A DNA stretch of 23,383 bases from Fidelibacterota bacterium (GTDB taxonomy: Bacteria; Fidelibacterota; UBA2242): positions 1 through 23,383 of the forward strand of contig JBNGDF010000031.1 in NCBI GenBank assembly GCA_049975265.1, written 5' to 3'. The notes below the pieces were generated by a model, which was not told the DNA's origin, ran no database searches, and was given only the letters and a program-made list of their open reading frames with translations. The translations under genes and the position numbers were made by a program. Position 1 is the first letter of the stretch. Each line of letters opens with the position of its first letter. Shown here piece after piece: positions 9,004 to 17,547 of this stretch.

Positions 9004-9884
9004 GCCGTCTTGCCTGCCACTATAACCCGGCTCTCACCGGAATAATCCTGAACTACATCGCGAATATCAAAACCGCTTTCGCGAAACACACGACAAACCG
9101 CATCTTCCTGATAACTGCCCCCGATTTCTGTAAGCAGGTAGCCGCCCTCAACCAAGAGCTCCTGACCCAGCCCTGCCAGTCTCCGGTAAAAAACCAGTGC
9201 ATCCTCGCCGGGATAAAGAGCCCGCCACGGTTCATTGTTCTTCACCAAATCCGAGAGTTTCTCCCAATAGTCTCCGGCGACATAGGGAGGATTGGAAACA
9301 ATCATAAAAAACGGCGCCCCGTCTGGTGATTCCTTCAGAATATCCATCTCGATCAACTGAATCCGTTCGGATACCCCATTGGCTCCGGCATTCCGGGCTG
9401 CCGTCTGCAACGCTTCCGGACTATTATCCAGGGCTGTGACCCGACAGTGCGGACACTCCGCTGCCAGCGACACGGCAATACAGCCGGAACCGGTGCCCAC
9501 ATCCAGAATATGCGGCGATGTTTCTTTGCTCGCTTTGAGCAACTCGCCGGCTTTTTCCACCAGCCGCTCCGTTTCCGGTCGGGGAATCAGGACCGATGGA
9601 TTGACCTCAAATGAATAGCCCATAAAATCGGTGTATCCCAATACATACTGGATCGGAATACCTCGGATCCGTTTTTTCAGAAGAGCCTTAAACTCCTCCA
9701 ACTCCTTTGCGGTGAGTGGGCGTTCGTGCTGCATGTAGATGTCCAGACGCGAGCAGTTGAGTACGTGACGCAGCATCCATTCGGTTTCAATCTGGGGCGA
9801 TTCCACCCCCCTGCCGGCTAAATAGTCTTTTGACCACTTCAACAGATCAATGACCCGCCATATTTTTTCGGTATTGCCGCTCAT
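9000..9884 (-). CDS. prmC: Release factor glutamine methyltransferase
   Basis: VLIPRPETE, DVGTGSGCIA and SNPPY motifs, directly downstream of prfA. Start placed at ATG 9884 (GTG 9887 is an alternative) rather than TTG 9923. Confidence 0.95.
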   Translation of the reverse strand: MSGNTEKIWRVIDLLKWSKDYLAGRGVESPQIETEWMLRHVLNCSRLDIYMQHERPLTAKELEEFKALLKKRIRGIPIQYVLGYTDFMGYSFEVNPSVLIPRPETERLVEKAGELLKASKETSPHILDVGTGSGCIAVSLAAECPHCRVTALDNSPEALQTAARNAGANGVSERIQLIEMDILKESPDGAPFFMIVSNPPYVAGDYWEKLSDLVKNNEPWRALYPGEDALVFYRRLAGLGQELLVEGGYLLTEIGGSYQEDAVCRVFRESGFDIRDVVQDYSGESRVIVAGKTA

Positions 9885-9895
9885 CACAACTATAA

Positions 9896-9923
9896 AATTT
9901 AACCGGGTTTTCCCGGTTATCAA
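9896..9923 (-). promoter_or_regulatory. Putative internal promoter for prmC with a perfect inverted repeat in its spacer
   Basis: Minus strand TTGATA-N16-TAAATT. The palindrome TAACCGGG-AAAA-CCCGGTTA spans 9900-9919. Confidence 0.5.
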
Positions 9924-9965
9924 GGGATATTCTGAACCTCAAAAAGGATTTTCCAGATTGGCGGG

Positions 9966-11045
<1,080 letters not shown>

Positions 11046-11057
11046 AAAATTGAAATT

Positions 11058-12014
11058 TTAATCCACCGCCTCGGCAATAAATTCCTGACCAATGTAATCG
11101 CGATAGGAATCGCCGAAAGCGGTTTTCAGAGCGATTATCGCCATCTCAATCTGATCGTCACTCGGTGGTTTGGTTGTAATTCGCTGCAACCAGAGCCCCG
11201 GTGCCGAGAGCGCACGCCCCCACCACGAATTCTGGTGCCGGGCGGTCAGCTTCAGCATTTCGTAGCCAGCACCGGCAACCAGCGGCAGCAGCAACAGATG
11301 AAAAATAAGCCGCAGCGGCAGGGTAATATTTCCCACAATGCCGATGATTACGGTATCGATCAAGGCATACATCAAAATCGACACCAGCAGCACAATAAAA
11401 ATAAAACTGGTGCCACAGCGGGGATGAAACGTCTGATAATGACGGGTGTTTTCCGGGGTCAACTCCAGACCGCTTTCAAAGGTAAAAACGGTTTTATGCT
11501 CCGCACCGTGATACTGGAAAATGCGCTGAATATCTTTCATCAGTGAAATCAGCCATAGATACACCAGAAAAAAGACAATCCGCCACACTCCGGCGACCAG
11601 GTTGAACAGCAGCGCTTTCTTTTCGATGCTCAGCAACTCCGTCGTGATAAACAGCGGCAGAAAACCGAACAGGAAAAAGCCGAGTGCCAGCGCAAAGACC
11701 ATGGTCAATGCTGAGACAAACTTGTTCTCCTTTTTGGGCTCTTTTCCCTGCGCCTCCTCTTCCGCCCGGATGGCGACATCTGCCGAAAACTGCAGCGACT
11801 GCAAGCCGATTTTCAGTGATTCAAACAGCGCTACCATACCCCGTAAAAGGGGACGTTTGAGCAGGGGCATTTTTTCGGTAGCCGATTGGAACTGGTGCCG
11901 TTCGGTCTCTACCGAGCCGTCGGGTTTGCGAACCGCCGTGGCATAAGCACCCGGCACCCGCATCATCACACCTTCGATTACCGCCTGTCCGCCGACAAGA
12001 ATCTTTTTATTCAT
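11058..12014 (-). CDS. DUF1385 family membrane protein (putative metal-dependent enzyme)
   Basis: GGQAVIEGVMMR, FQYHGAEHK, HPRCGTSF and PGLWLQRITT motifs, in the familiar rpmE-DUF1385-prfA/prmC context. Start placed at ATG 12014. Confidence 0.93.
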   Translation of the reverse strand: MNKKILVGGQAVIEGVMMRVPGAYATAVRKPDGSVETERHQFQSATEKMPLLKRPLLRGMVALFESLKIGLQSLQFSADVAIRAEEEAQGKEPKKENKFVSALTMVFALALGFFLFGFLPLFITTELLSIEKKALLFNLVAGVWRIVFFLVYLWLISLMKDIQRIFQYHGAEHKTVFTFESGLELTPENTRHYQTFHPRCGTSFIFIVLLVSILMYALIDTVIIGIVGNITLPLRLIFHLLLLPLVAGAGYEMLKLTARHQNSWWGRALSAPGLWLQRITTKPPSDDQIEMAIIALKTAFGDSYRDYIGQEFIAEAVD

Positions 12015-12025
12015 TTGAACCACAC

Positions 12026-12063
12026 AAAAAACGGCGACCTCTTCCGCTGAAAGAAGACATCGC
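12026..12063 (-). terminator. Putative intrinsic terminator after rpmE
   Basis: Minus strand GCGATGTCTTC-TTTCAGCG-GAAGAGGTCGC hairpin (one mismatch, one G-U pair) followed by CGTTTTTT. Confidence 0.6.
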
Positions 12064-12080
12064 ACTATTTAACCGGCTGA

Positions 12081-12293
12081 CTATCCCTTGGCAGCCGTAC
12101 GATTATATTTACGATTGAATTTCTCAATCCGACCGGCGGAATCGACCAGCTTCTGCTTCCCGGTAAAAAAGGGATGACAGGCAGAACAGATTTCAACCTT
12201 CAGATCACCAGCGGTTGAGCGGGTCTCAAATGTATTGCCACACGCACAGGTTACGACACATTTTTCATATTTGGGGTGAATGTTCGGTTTCAT
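12081..12293 (-). CDS. rpmE: 50S ribosomal protein L31 (zinc-binding type)
   Basis: MKPNIHPKY...CACG...[13 protein letters not shown]...[10 protein letters not shown], with a GAGGA SD. Confidence 0.98.
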   Translation of the reverse strand: MKPNIHPKYEKCVVTCACGNTFETRSTAGDLKVEICSACHPFFTGKQKLVDSAGRIEKFNRKYNRTAAKG

Positions 12294-12336
12294 TGGAAAA
12301 TCCTCAGTCTAAGATAGTCGTTTTACAAAGCGTGCA

Positions 12337-12366
12337 AATATACGATATAAGAGCCGATAAAATCAA
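12337..12366 (-). promoter_or_regulatory. Putative rpmE operon promoter
   Basis: Minus strand TTGATT-N18-TATATT followed by TGCAC. Confidence 0.45.
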
Positions 12367-12437
12367 GCGAATAAATCCCGGTGATGGGCATCGTACCGGT
12401 ACTGTTGTTCTCCGGAAGTCCGCCTTCCGATTCTACG

Positions 12438-12466
12438 TTGCATTATCTGTCGCAATGTTGTAAATT
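12438..12466 (+). promoter_or_regulatory. Putative tRNA promoter
   Basis: TTGCAT(12438-12443)-N17-TAAATT(12461-12466), ending 15 nt upstream of the mature tRNA. Confidence 0.65.
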
Positions 12467-12481
12467 TTCCCGCTTTTTATC

Positions 12482-12554
12482 GCCATCCTAGCTCAGCTGG
12501 TAGAGCAGCTCACTCGTAATGAGCAGGTCGTCGGTTCGACTCCGACGGATGGCT
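12482..12554 (+). tRNA. tRNA-Thr (anticodon CGT); CCA not encoded
   Basis: Acceptor stem GCCATCC/GGATGGC, D-arm GCTC-AGCTGGTA-GAGC, anticodon arm GCTCA-CTCGTAA-TGAGC, T-arm GTCGG-TTCGACT-CCGAC and discriminator T. Confidence 0.97.
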
Positions 12555-12619
12555 CGCAAAATAAATGCCCCTATCCACTGTTCATTATCCCAACGCCGAC
12601 TGGTAAAACAATCCATACC

Positions 12620-12832
12620 CTATCGGGTCTTAATTGCAAATACCGCAAACAGCGACAATGTGGCGATACCCACCAGCGCCGCACCGACCATCGCACTACC
12701 CTGAAGCAGCTCTCCGATTCCCAGAAACATAAAAATTACGGTTACAACTGCCAGTCCAATCCGCAGCAAGCGCAGCCGCCGACGCCGAATCTTTTTTCGG
12801 TGATGATGCGAAACCAAAGATTTCCTTCCCAA
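12620..12832 (-). CDS. Small hypothetical membrane protein (basic N-terminus, two TM helices)
   Basis: Fills the gap between rlmN and the tRNA. R/K/H-rich N-terminus followed by two hydrophobic stretches. TTG start with no clear SD. Confidence 0.5.
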   Translation of the reverse strand: MGRKSLVSHHHRKKIRRRRLRLLRIGLAVVTVIFMFLGIGELLQGSAMVGAALVGIATLSLFAVFAIKTR

Positions 12833-12862
12833 CTGTCGATCTACAGGACGAATCGGAAAATT

Positions 12863-13900
12863 TCAAGCAGTATCGTCATTACGAACATAGAGCTGACCAC
12901 AGGCGGCGGCAATATCCTGTCCTTTGCTGCGCCGCACCGTTACGGCAAAGGGCGCTCTGTACAACTGCTCCAGAAACCGGTTCAGCTGTCTTTCCGTCGG
13001 AGAACGATAGGGTAAAAATTCATTTTCATTATACGGAATCAGGTTGACCTTGCAGGGGATCTGAGACAACATCCCGATCAGGCGTCCGGCATCCGCCACC
13101 CCGTCGTTATAGCCGGCAATCAGAATATATTCAAAGGTCATCCGCCGACGGGCAATACCGGTATAGTACCGGGCGGCAGCTAATAACTCTTCCAGCGGAT
13201 ATTGGCGATTGATTGGCACCATCTCATCGCGCTGTTCATCGGTAGTACCGTTCAGCGAGACCGCCAGTTTGTAACGCCATCTCTCATTGGCAAACCGGTA
13301 TATAGCGGGAACCACGCCCGCCGTGGAGACAGTAATCCGACGGGCAGCGATTTCCGGTCCCAGCTCGCTGTTCAGGATGCCGGCGCCTTTCATTACATTA
13401 TCATAGTTCAAAAAGGGTTCTCCCATCCCCATAAATACAATATTGGTTGCCCTGACATTCAGGTCGCTCTGGATCATCAGCAACTGTTCGACAATTTCAC
13501 CGGCTGTCAAATTCCGGCGGAAACCCATCATCCCGGTGGCACAGTAGGGACAGGCGACGGGACAGCCGACCATTGTGGAGAGACAGACCGTCACACGATG
13601 ACCCTCTTCCATATAGACCGCCTCCACCGAATAACCGTCCTTCAGGGTAAAAAGGTACTTCACACTCTGATCCTGTCGGGAGGCTTCTTTTGCCTGAATC
13701 TCAAGCACCGAGAGCTCAGCGGCGGCTGACAATGTTTGCCGCAAACTTTTTGAAAGGTTCAACATTTCAGAAAAATCCCGGACATTTTTGGCATACATCC
13801 ACTGATAAATCTGCCTGGCGCGAAAGGGCTGCTCGCCGATGCTGGTAGCCCACTCTTCCAACTCCGCTAAATCCAGCCCTTTAAGGTTTGTTTTTTCCAT
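12863..13900 (-). CDS. rlmN: Dual-specificity rRNA/tRNA m2A methyltransferase RlmN (radical SAM)
   Basis: CPVACPYC cluster motif, FMGMGEPFLN, VNLIPYN and C-terminal DIAAACGQL. Start placed at ATG 13900. Confidence 0.95.
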   Translation of the reverse strand: MEKTNLKGLDLAELEEWATSIGEQPFRARQIYQWMYAKNVRDFSEMLNLSKSLRQTLSAAAELSVLEIQAKEASRQDQSVKYLFTLKDGYSVEAVYMEEGHRVTVCLSTMVGCPVACPYCATGMMGFRRNLTAGEIVEQLLMIQSDLNVRATNIVFMGMGEPFLNYDNVMKGAGILNSELGPEIAARRITVSTAGVVPAIYRFANERWRYKLAVSLNGTTDEQRDEMVPINRQYPLEELLAAARYYTGIARRRMTFEYILIAGYNDGVADAGRLIGMLSQIPCKVNLIPYNENEFLPYRSPTERQLNRFLEQLYRAPFAVTVRRSKGQDIAAACGQLYVRNDDTA

Positions 13901-13989
13901 TATTGATACCGGGTGCAAATTAAATTTTTTCCGGCATATTCAAAACAGAAAATCACGGCTTTCAATTGCCGCCGCATCATTGATCTGCA

Positions 13990-14018
13990 TTGACATTCAC
14001 GACGCCTCCGAATAAATT
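13990..14018 (+). promoter_or_regulatory. Putative sigma70 promoter of the secreted protein-spmA-spmB operon
   Basis: Consensus TTGACA(13990-13995)-N17-TAAATT(14013-14018). Confidence 0.7.
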
Positions 14019-14027
14019 ACCCTTCAA

Positions 14028-15242
14028 ATGAAAACCACCCGGCGATTCAATGTATTCTTGTCCTTTTTCCTGATTTCTTCGCTTGCCGGACAATCTCTCA
14101 GCGTAATCCGTGAATACCCGGCAGCAAACGGTCTGATCGATGTGGTTGTCCGGTGTGACTCAGCCACTCTGCTGCCGGCACTCTATATCTATCACAACCG
14201 ACTTGTTCCGGCAGAAGTACCGAATATTTCCCAGGTGATTGAGCGGGATCAGGCTCCCCACATTTCCGCAGACAATCAACTGCTGGGACTCTTTTCGCCG
14301 GCGAAGCGTCCGTCCAATCGCACCGAACCGCGCCCGTTTGAATTTCTTGGATTCAGCAATTCCATTCAGCCAGATTTTGTCATTCGGGATTCCTGGCTGG
14401 ACACCGGGCGACCGCCGACCTTTTTCATAAACACCATCCAACAGGCGGTGTTACAGGTCGCATCCAACGGGGACCAGATCAAGTTCTATAACCGCCGTGG
14501 TCACCTGTTGCGGACAAAGCAGTTCGCCCAAAACCTGCCTCATAATTATGAAGACCCTCTGATCCGGTGTAATGCCGCAGGCAACCGACTGGCATTTTTT
14601 ACCCGAAAACCGGACATAGAGACCGGTGTCATGCAGCCCATGCTCTACCTGCTGTCACCAATCGGTGAAGAAATCTGGAAAGCCCGTATCCTACTGAAAA
14701 CGGTAGAAGCGCTGGCAATCTCCAAAAGCGGTAGCTCGGTAGCCGTCGCCGGTCAGACCCTGCGTCCCATCGGTGCACAGGCACAATATACCATTTTCGT
14801 CTTTGACAGTACCGGTCGCATCCAAAGCAGCCTGCCTTACCGGGCTACCCAGATGACGTTCAATTCTGCGGAAGACCGACTGCTGATACGCGCTGAGCAG
14901 ACCGTCCAATTAATCAATCTTCATAATGAAGGGGTCATCTTTTTCCATCAGCTCCGCCGGACGCGCCGGGAAATCGCCGATTTTTGCTATCTGGATAACT
15001 CTGTTTTCGCGGTATCGCTGGGTACAATCAACTTCAAAGACGGTCAGCCGGTTTATGACAATCCGGCAATCCGGCTCTATTCCGACGACGGTAAAATTTT
15101 GTCTGAAAATCATTTTCCCGAAACATATTCCCACCGGGCAAAAATCATCGGACACCGGTGCGGGAACCAGATCGGCTTTAGTCTGCAAAACCGGTTTGTT
15201 GTTTTACAGGTAACCCAAAAGAGTCAGGAGTATCATCAATGA
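14028..15242 (+). CDS. Hypothetical exported protein, probable beta-propeller
   Basis: Signal-peptide-like N-terminus (MKTTRRFNVFLSFFLISSLAG) and repeated strand-turn blades ending in motifs such as FYNRRG, LLSPIG, VFDSTG and LYSDDG. ATGA overlap with spmA. Confidence 0.7.
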   Translation: MKTTRRFNVFLSFFLISSLAGQSLSVIREYPAANGLIDVVVRCDSATLLPALYIYHNRLVPAEVPNISQVIERDQAPHISADNQLLGLFSPAKRPSNRTEPRPFEFLGFSNSIQPDFVIRDSWLDTGRPPTFFINTIQQAVLQVASNGDQIKFYNRRGHLLRTKQFAQNLPHNYEDPLIRCNAAGNRLAFFTRKPDIETGVMQPMLYLLSPIGEEIWKARILLKTVEALAISKSGSSVAVAGQTLRPIGAQAQYTIFVFDSTGRIQSSLPYRATQMTFNSAEDRLLIRAEQTVQLINLHNEGVIFFHQLRRTRREIADFCYLDNSVFAVSLGTINFKDGQPVYDNPAIRLYSDDGKILSENHFPETYSHRAKIIGHRCGNQIGFSLQNRFVVLQVTQKSQEYHQ

Positions 15243-15877
15243 ATTATGTCTGGTTAGTACTAATGGTCGTTGCGCTGATCGTCGGAGCGATAACCGGCAA
15301 CCTGGAAGCGGTTACCACCGCTGCCGTCGAATATGCCGAAGTCGCAGTAGATATCTCCCTGGGACTGATTGGCATCATGGCATTTTGGCTGGGAATTATG
15401 AAAATTGCTGAAGAGGGTGGCATTATTAAAATTTTATCCCGGGCGATCCGACCAATTGCCAAATTTCTCTTTCCGGAAATTCCCCCGGATCATCCCGCCA
15501 TTGGCACGATGCTGATGAATATCATCGCCAACTGGCTGGGGCTCAGCAACGCCGCTACTCCGCTGGGACTCAAAGCCATGAAAGACCTTCAGACACTGAA
15601 CAAGTCTGACGATACGGCGACGAATTCCATGGTCATGTTTCTGGCATTGAATACCGCCAGTATTACCATTATCCCTATGACTATTATCGCAGTACGGGCG
15701 AAACTGGGCTCCGCCAATCCCTTTGAAATCATCAGTACCTCGGTTTTCGCATCCACTTGCGCCACGATTGCAGCAGTCACCGCGGCAAAGCTGCTGAAAC
15801 GTCTACCGGGAATCCGCAGGAGCGACCCCAACCAAGAGCCGGAGACACCGGCGGAGAAAGGGGAACACGATGCTTAA
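15239..15877 (+). CDS. spmA: Spore maturation protein A / nucleoside recognition (Gate) domain membrane protein
   Basis: MNYVW start, FWLGIMKIAE, LFPEIPPDHPA, ANWLGLSNAATPLGLKAM and FLALNTAS motifs. AGGAG SD. Confidence 0.92.
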   Translation: MNYVWLVLMVVALIVGAITGNLEAVTTAAVEYAEVAVDISLGLIGIMAFWLGIMKIAEEGGIIKILSRAIRPIAKFLFPEIPPDHPAIGTMLMNIIANWLGLSNAATPLGLKAMKDLQTLNKSDDTATNSMVMFLALNTASITIIPMTIIAVRAKLGSANPFEIISTSVFASTCATIAAVTAAKLLKRLPGIRRSDPNQEPETPAEKGEHDA

Positions 15878-16484
15878 TTCCGTCGCTTTCGCCGCCGATA
15901 CAGTCGGGCAGGTCGCTGCTCAAACTGCCGCAGCCGCCCAGGAATCCCTGTTCGTTATCATTATGAAAGGATTCTCCAATCTGGCGGTTCCCGTGGTGCT
16001 ATTTGTCGTCATTGTGTTGGGATTCAGCAAAAAGGTCAAGGTATACGAGACATTTATCAGCGGCGCCAAAGAGGGTTTCTCGGTGGCAGTAAATATTATC
16101 CCCTATCTGGTCGCCATTCTCGTTGCCATAGGAATGTTTCGCGCTTCCGGCGCAATGGCGTATTTAACCCAGATTTTGTCACCGGTGACGAATCTGATCG
16201 GACTACCGGCGGAGGCATTACCGGCGGCACTAATGCGCCCGCTGTCCGGTAGTGGTTCACTCGGTATCATCACCGAGCTTATGACCAAACACGGTCCCGA
16301 TTCCTTTATCGGGCGTCTGGCGTCCACATTTTACGGCAGTACGGAAACCACCTTTTACGTCATCGCGGTCTATTTCGGTTCGATAGGCATTCGCAAAACC
16401 CGGCATGCCATTGCCTCAGGGCTGATTGGAGACCTCGCCGGTCTGCTGATGGCAGTCTTTATCTGTCACGTTGTATTTGGTTAA
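15870..16484 (+). CDS. spmB: Spore maturation protein B / nucleoside recognition (Gate) domain membrane protein
   Basis: VYETFISGAKEG, PYLVAILVAIGMFRASGA, RPLSGSGS, GSTETTFYVIAVYFGS and RHA motifs. Confidence 0.93.
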   Translation: MLNSVAFAADTVGQVAAQTAAAAQESLFVIIMKGFSNLAVPVVLFVVIVLGFSKKVKVYETFISGAKEGFSVAVNIIPYLVAILVAIGMFRASGAMAYLTQILSPVTNLIGLPAEALPAALMRPLSGSGSLGIITELMTKHGPDSFIGRLASTFYGSTETTFYVIAVYFGSIGIRKTRHAIASGLIGDLAGLLMAVFICHVVFG

Positions 16485-16574
16485 TCTGAAACGCTGATTT
16501 TGGAGAAAGGCATAAAAAGAATTCCGGCAAGTCGGAGAGGTCGGATAAATTGGACCCGCCGGCTGATTCCTGAA

Positions 16575-17390
16575 CTATTTATCTGCATGCAGATTGGGGC
16601 TGTCAAGCATTTGCGGGTCTTTCAAACGCTTGACAACACCCATGGTCAGTATACCTGCCTGGGCACCATCCACGATGCGGTGATCAAAGGTCCCGGTCAG
16701 CGGCAACATTTTCCGAATCTGTATCGCACCATCAATTACCACCGGTTTATCAACGATCTCGCCCATTGTCACAACCGCCGGAATCTTACCGATGGGGAAA
16801 AGCGCCACCATACCGTAGGACAAACCGAAGGAACCGATATTGGTAATCATAATACTCCCAAAAGGGTCTGCCGGAATTTTTAAAAATGGAAACGGCAAGC
16901 CCAGGTCAAAAATCCATAATTTAATGATCACAAACAACATACGCCGAAACGGCCAGGGAATTTTCGACAGAATACCCTTTGAGGCAAAGGCTCCTGATTC
17001 GTCGCCATTGCGCTTACGGGCAGCCTTCTCCACGACAATGTCGGCAATCTCCCCCACCGATAAGTTTTGCGCCTGACGTACAATCAGTCCGGTCATATCT
17101 TTGCCTTTGACATTTACCGTGACAAAGACATCGGCATCTTTACGATAGACCACATGTCCCCGCCGCACAAAACAGTTGATATCGGGCACATCTTCATACA
17201 GCGCCCGGGCAACCGCCGCCGTCACAAAATGAGTGATCGTCAGGCGCCGTCCCTTTTGCTTCTCCTTTTCAATATAGTCGACAATATTGCTGACATCGGC
17301 GTCAAATATTCCATATATACGGCTGTCCACGGGCTGTTTATATACTGCAATTGCCAGTTTGCGCCAGGCTGTGGTGTATTGCTCTTCCAA
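16575..17390 (-). CDS. Stand-alone 2-oxoacid dehydrogenase E2-type acyltransferase catalytic domain
   Basis: ITNIGSFG, KPVVIDGAIQIR and FDHRIVDG motifs. No lipoyl domain. AAGGAG SD lies 7 nt before the TTG start. Confidence 0.88.
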   Translation of the reverse strand: MEEQYTTAWRKLAIAVYKQPVDSRIYGIFDADVSNIVDYIEKEKQKGRRLTITHFVTAAVARALYEDVPDINCFVRRGHVVYRKDADVFVTVNVKGKDMTGLIVRQAQNLSVGEIADIVVEKAARKRNGDESGAFASKGILSKIPWPFRRMLFVIIKLWIFDLGLPFPFLKIPADPFGSIMITNIGSFGLSYGMVALFPIGKIPAVVTMGEIVDKPVVIDGAIQIRKMLPLTGTFDHRIVDGAQAGILTMGVVKRLKDPQMLDSPNLHADK

Positions 17391-17426
17391 ATTTGATCTC
17401 CTTGTGTTTCTCTCCTGTGTAACTCT

Positions 17427-17454
17427 AATTTAGCTAATTCCCGTAAAAAATCGA
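17427..17454 (-). promoter_or_regulatory. Putative promoter of the E2-like gene
   Basis: Minus strand TCGATT-N16-TAAATT. The 10-mer GCTAAATTAG is shared with the ECF operon promoter. Confidence 0.45.
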
Positions 17455-17490
17455 GTCTTTTTTATCCGTCACCGCTGAATGATTTTTTCA

Positions 17491-17519
17491 TGGACAAGAC
17501 CATCCGGGTGTCCTATTTT
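17491..17519 (+). promoter_or_regulatory. Putative promoter of the DUF1460 gene
   Basis: TGGACA-N17-TATTTT upstream of the AGGAG SD. Confidence 0.4.
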
Positions 17520-17547
17520 ATCAGAGGAAAAACAACAGGAGTTTGAT

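Noticed and set aside
12378..12429. Short inverted repeats between the divergent rpmE and tRNA promoters (e.g. CGGAAG-N5-CTTCCG)
   Set aside because: The arms are only 5-6 bp, have no U-tract and are not repeated elsewhere, which is compatible with chance.
12482..12620. tRNA-Thr as a possible integration site
   Set aside because: No integrase is present, I found no duplicated tRNA 3' end in the window, and the flanking genes are housekeeping.
15820..15950. Possible frameshifted spmA-spmB fusion (linker-like tail and head)
   Set aside because: spmB has its own SD-like AAAGGGG and ATG, there is no evident slippery sequence, and split spmA/spmB is a normal arrangement.
16513..16563. Possible bidirectional terminator or sRNA between spmB and the E2-like gene
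   Set aside because: Only an interrupted CCGGC...GCCGG stem with a large irregular interior, too weak to call.
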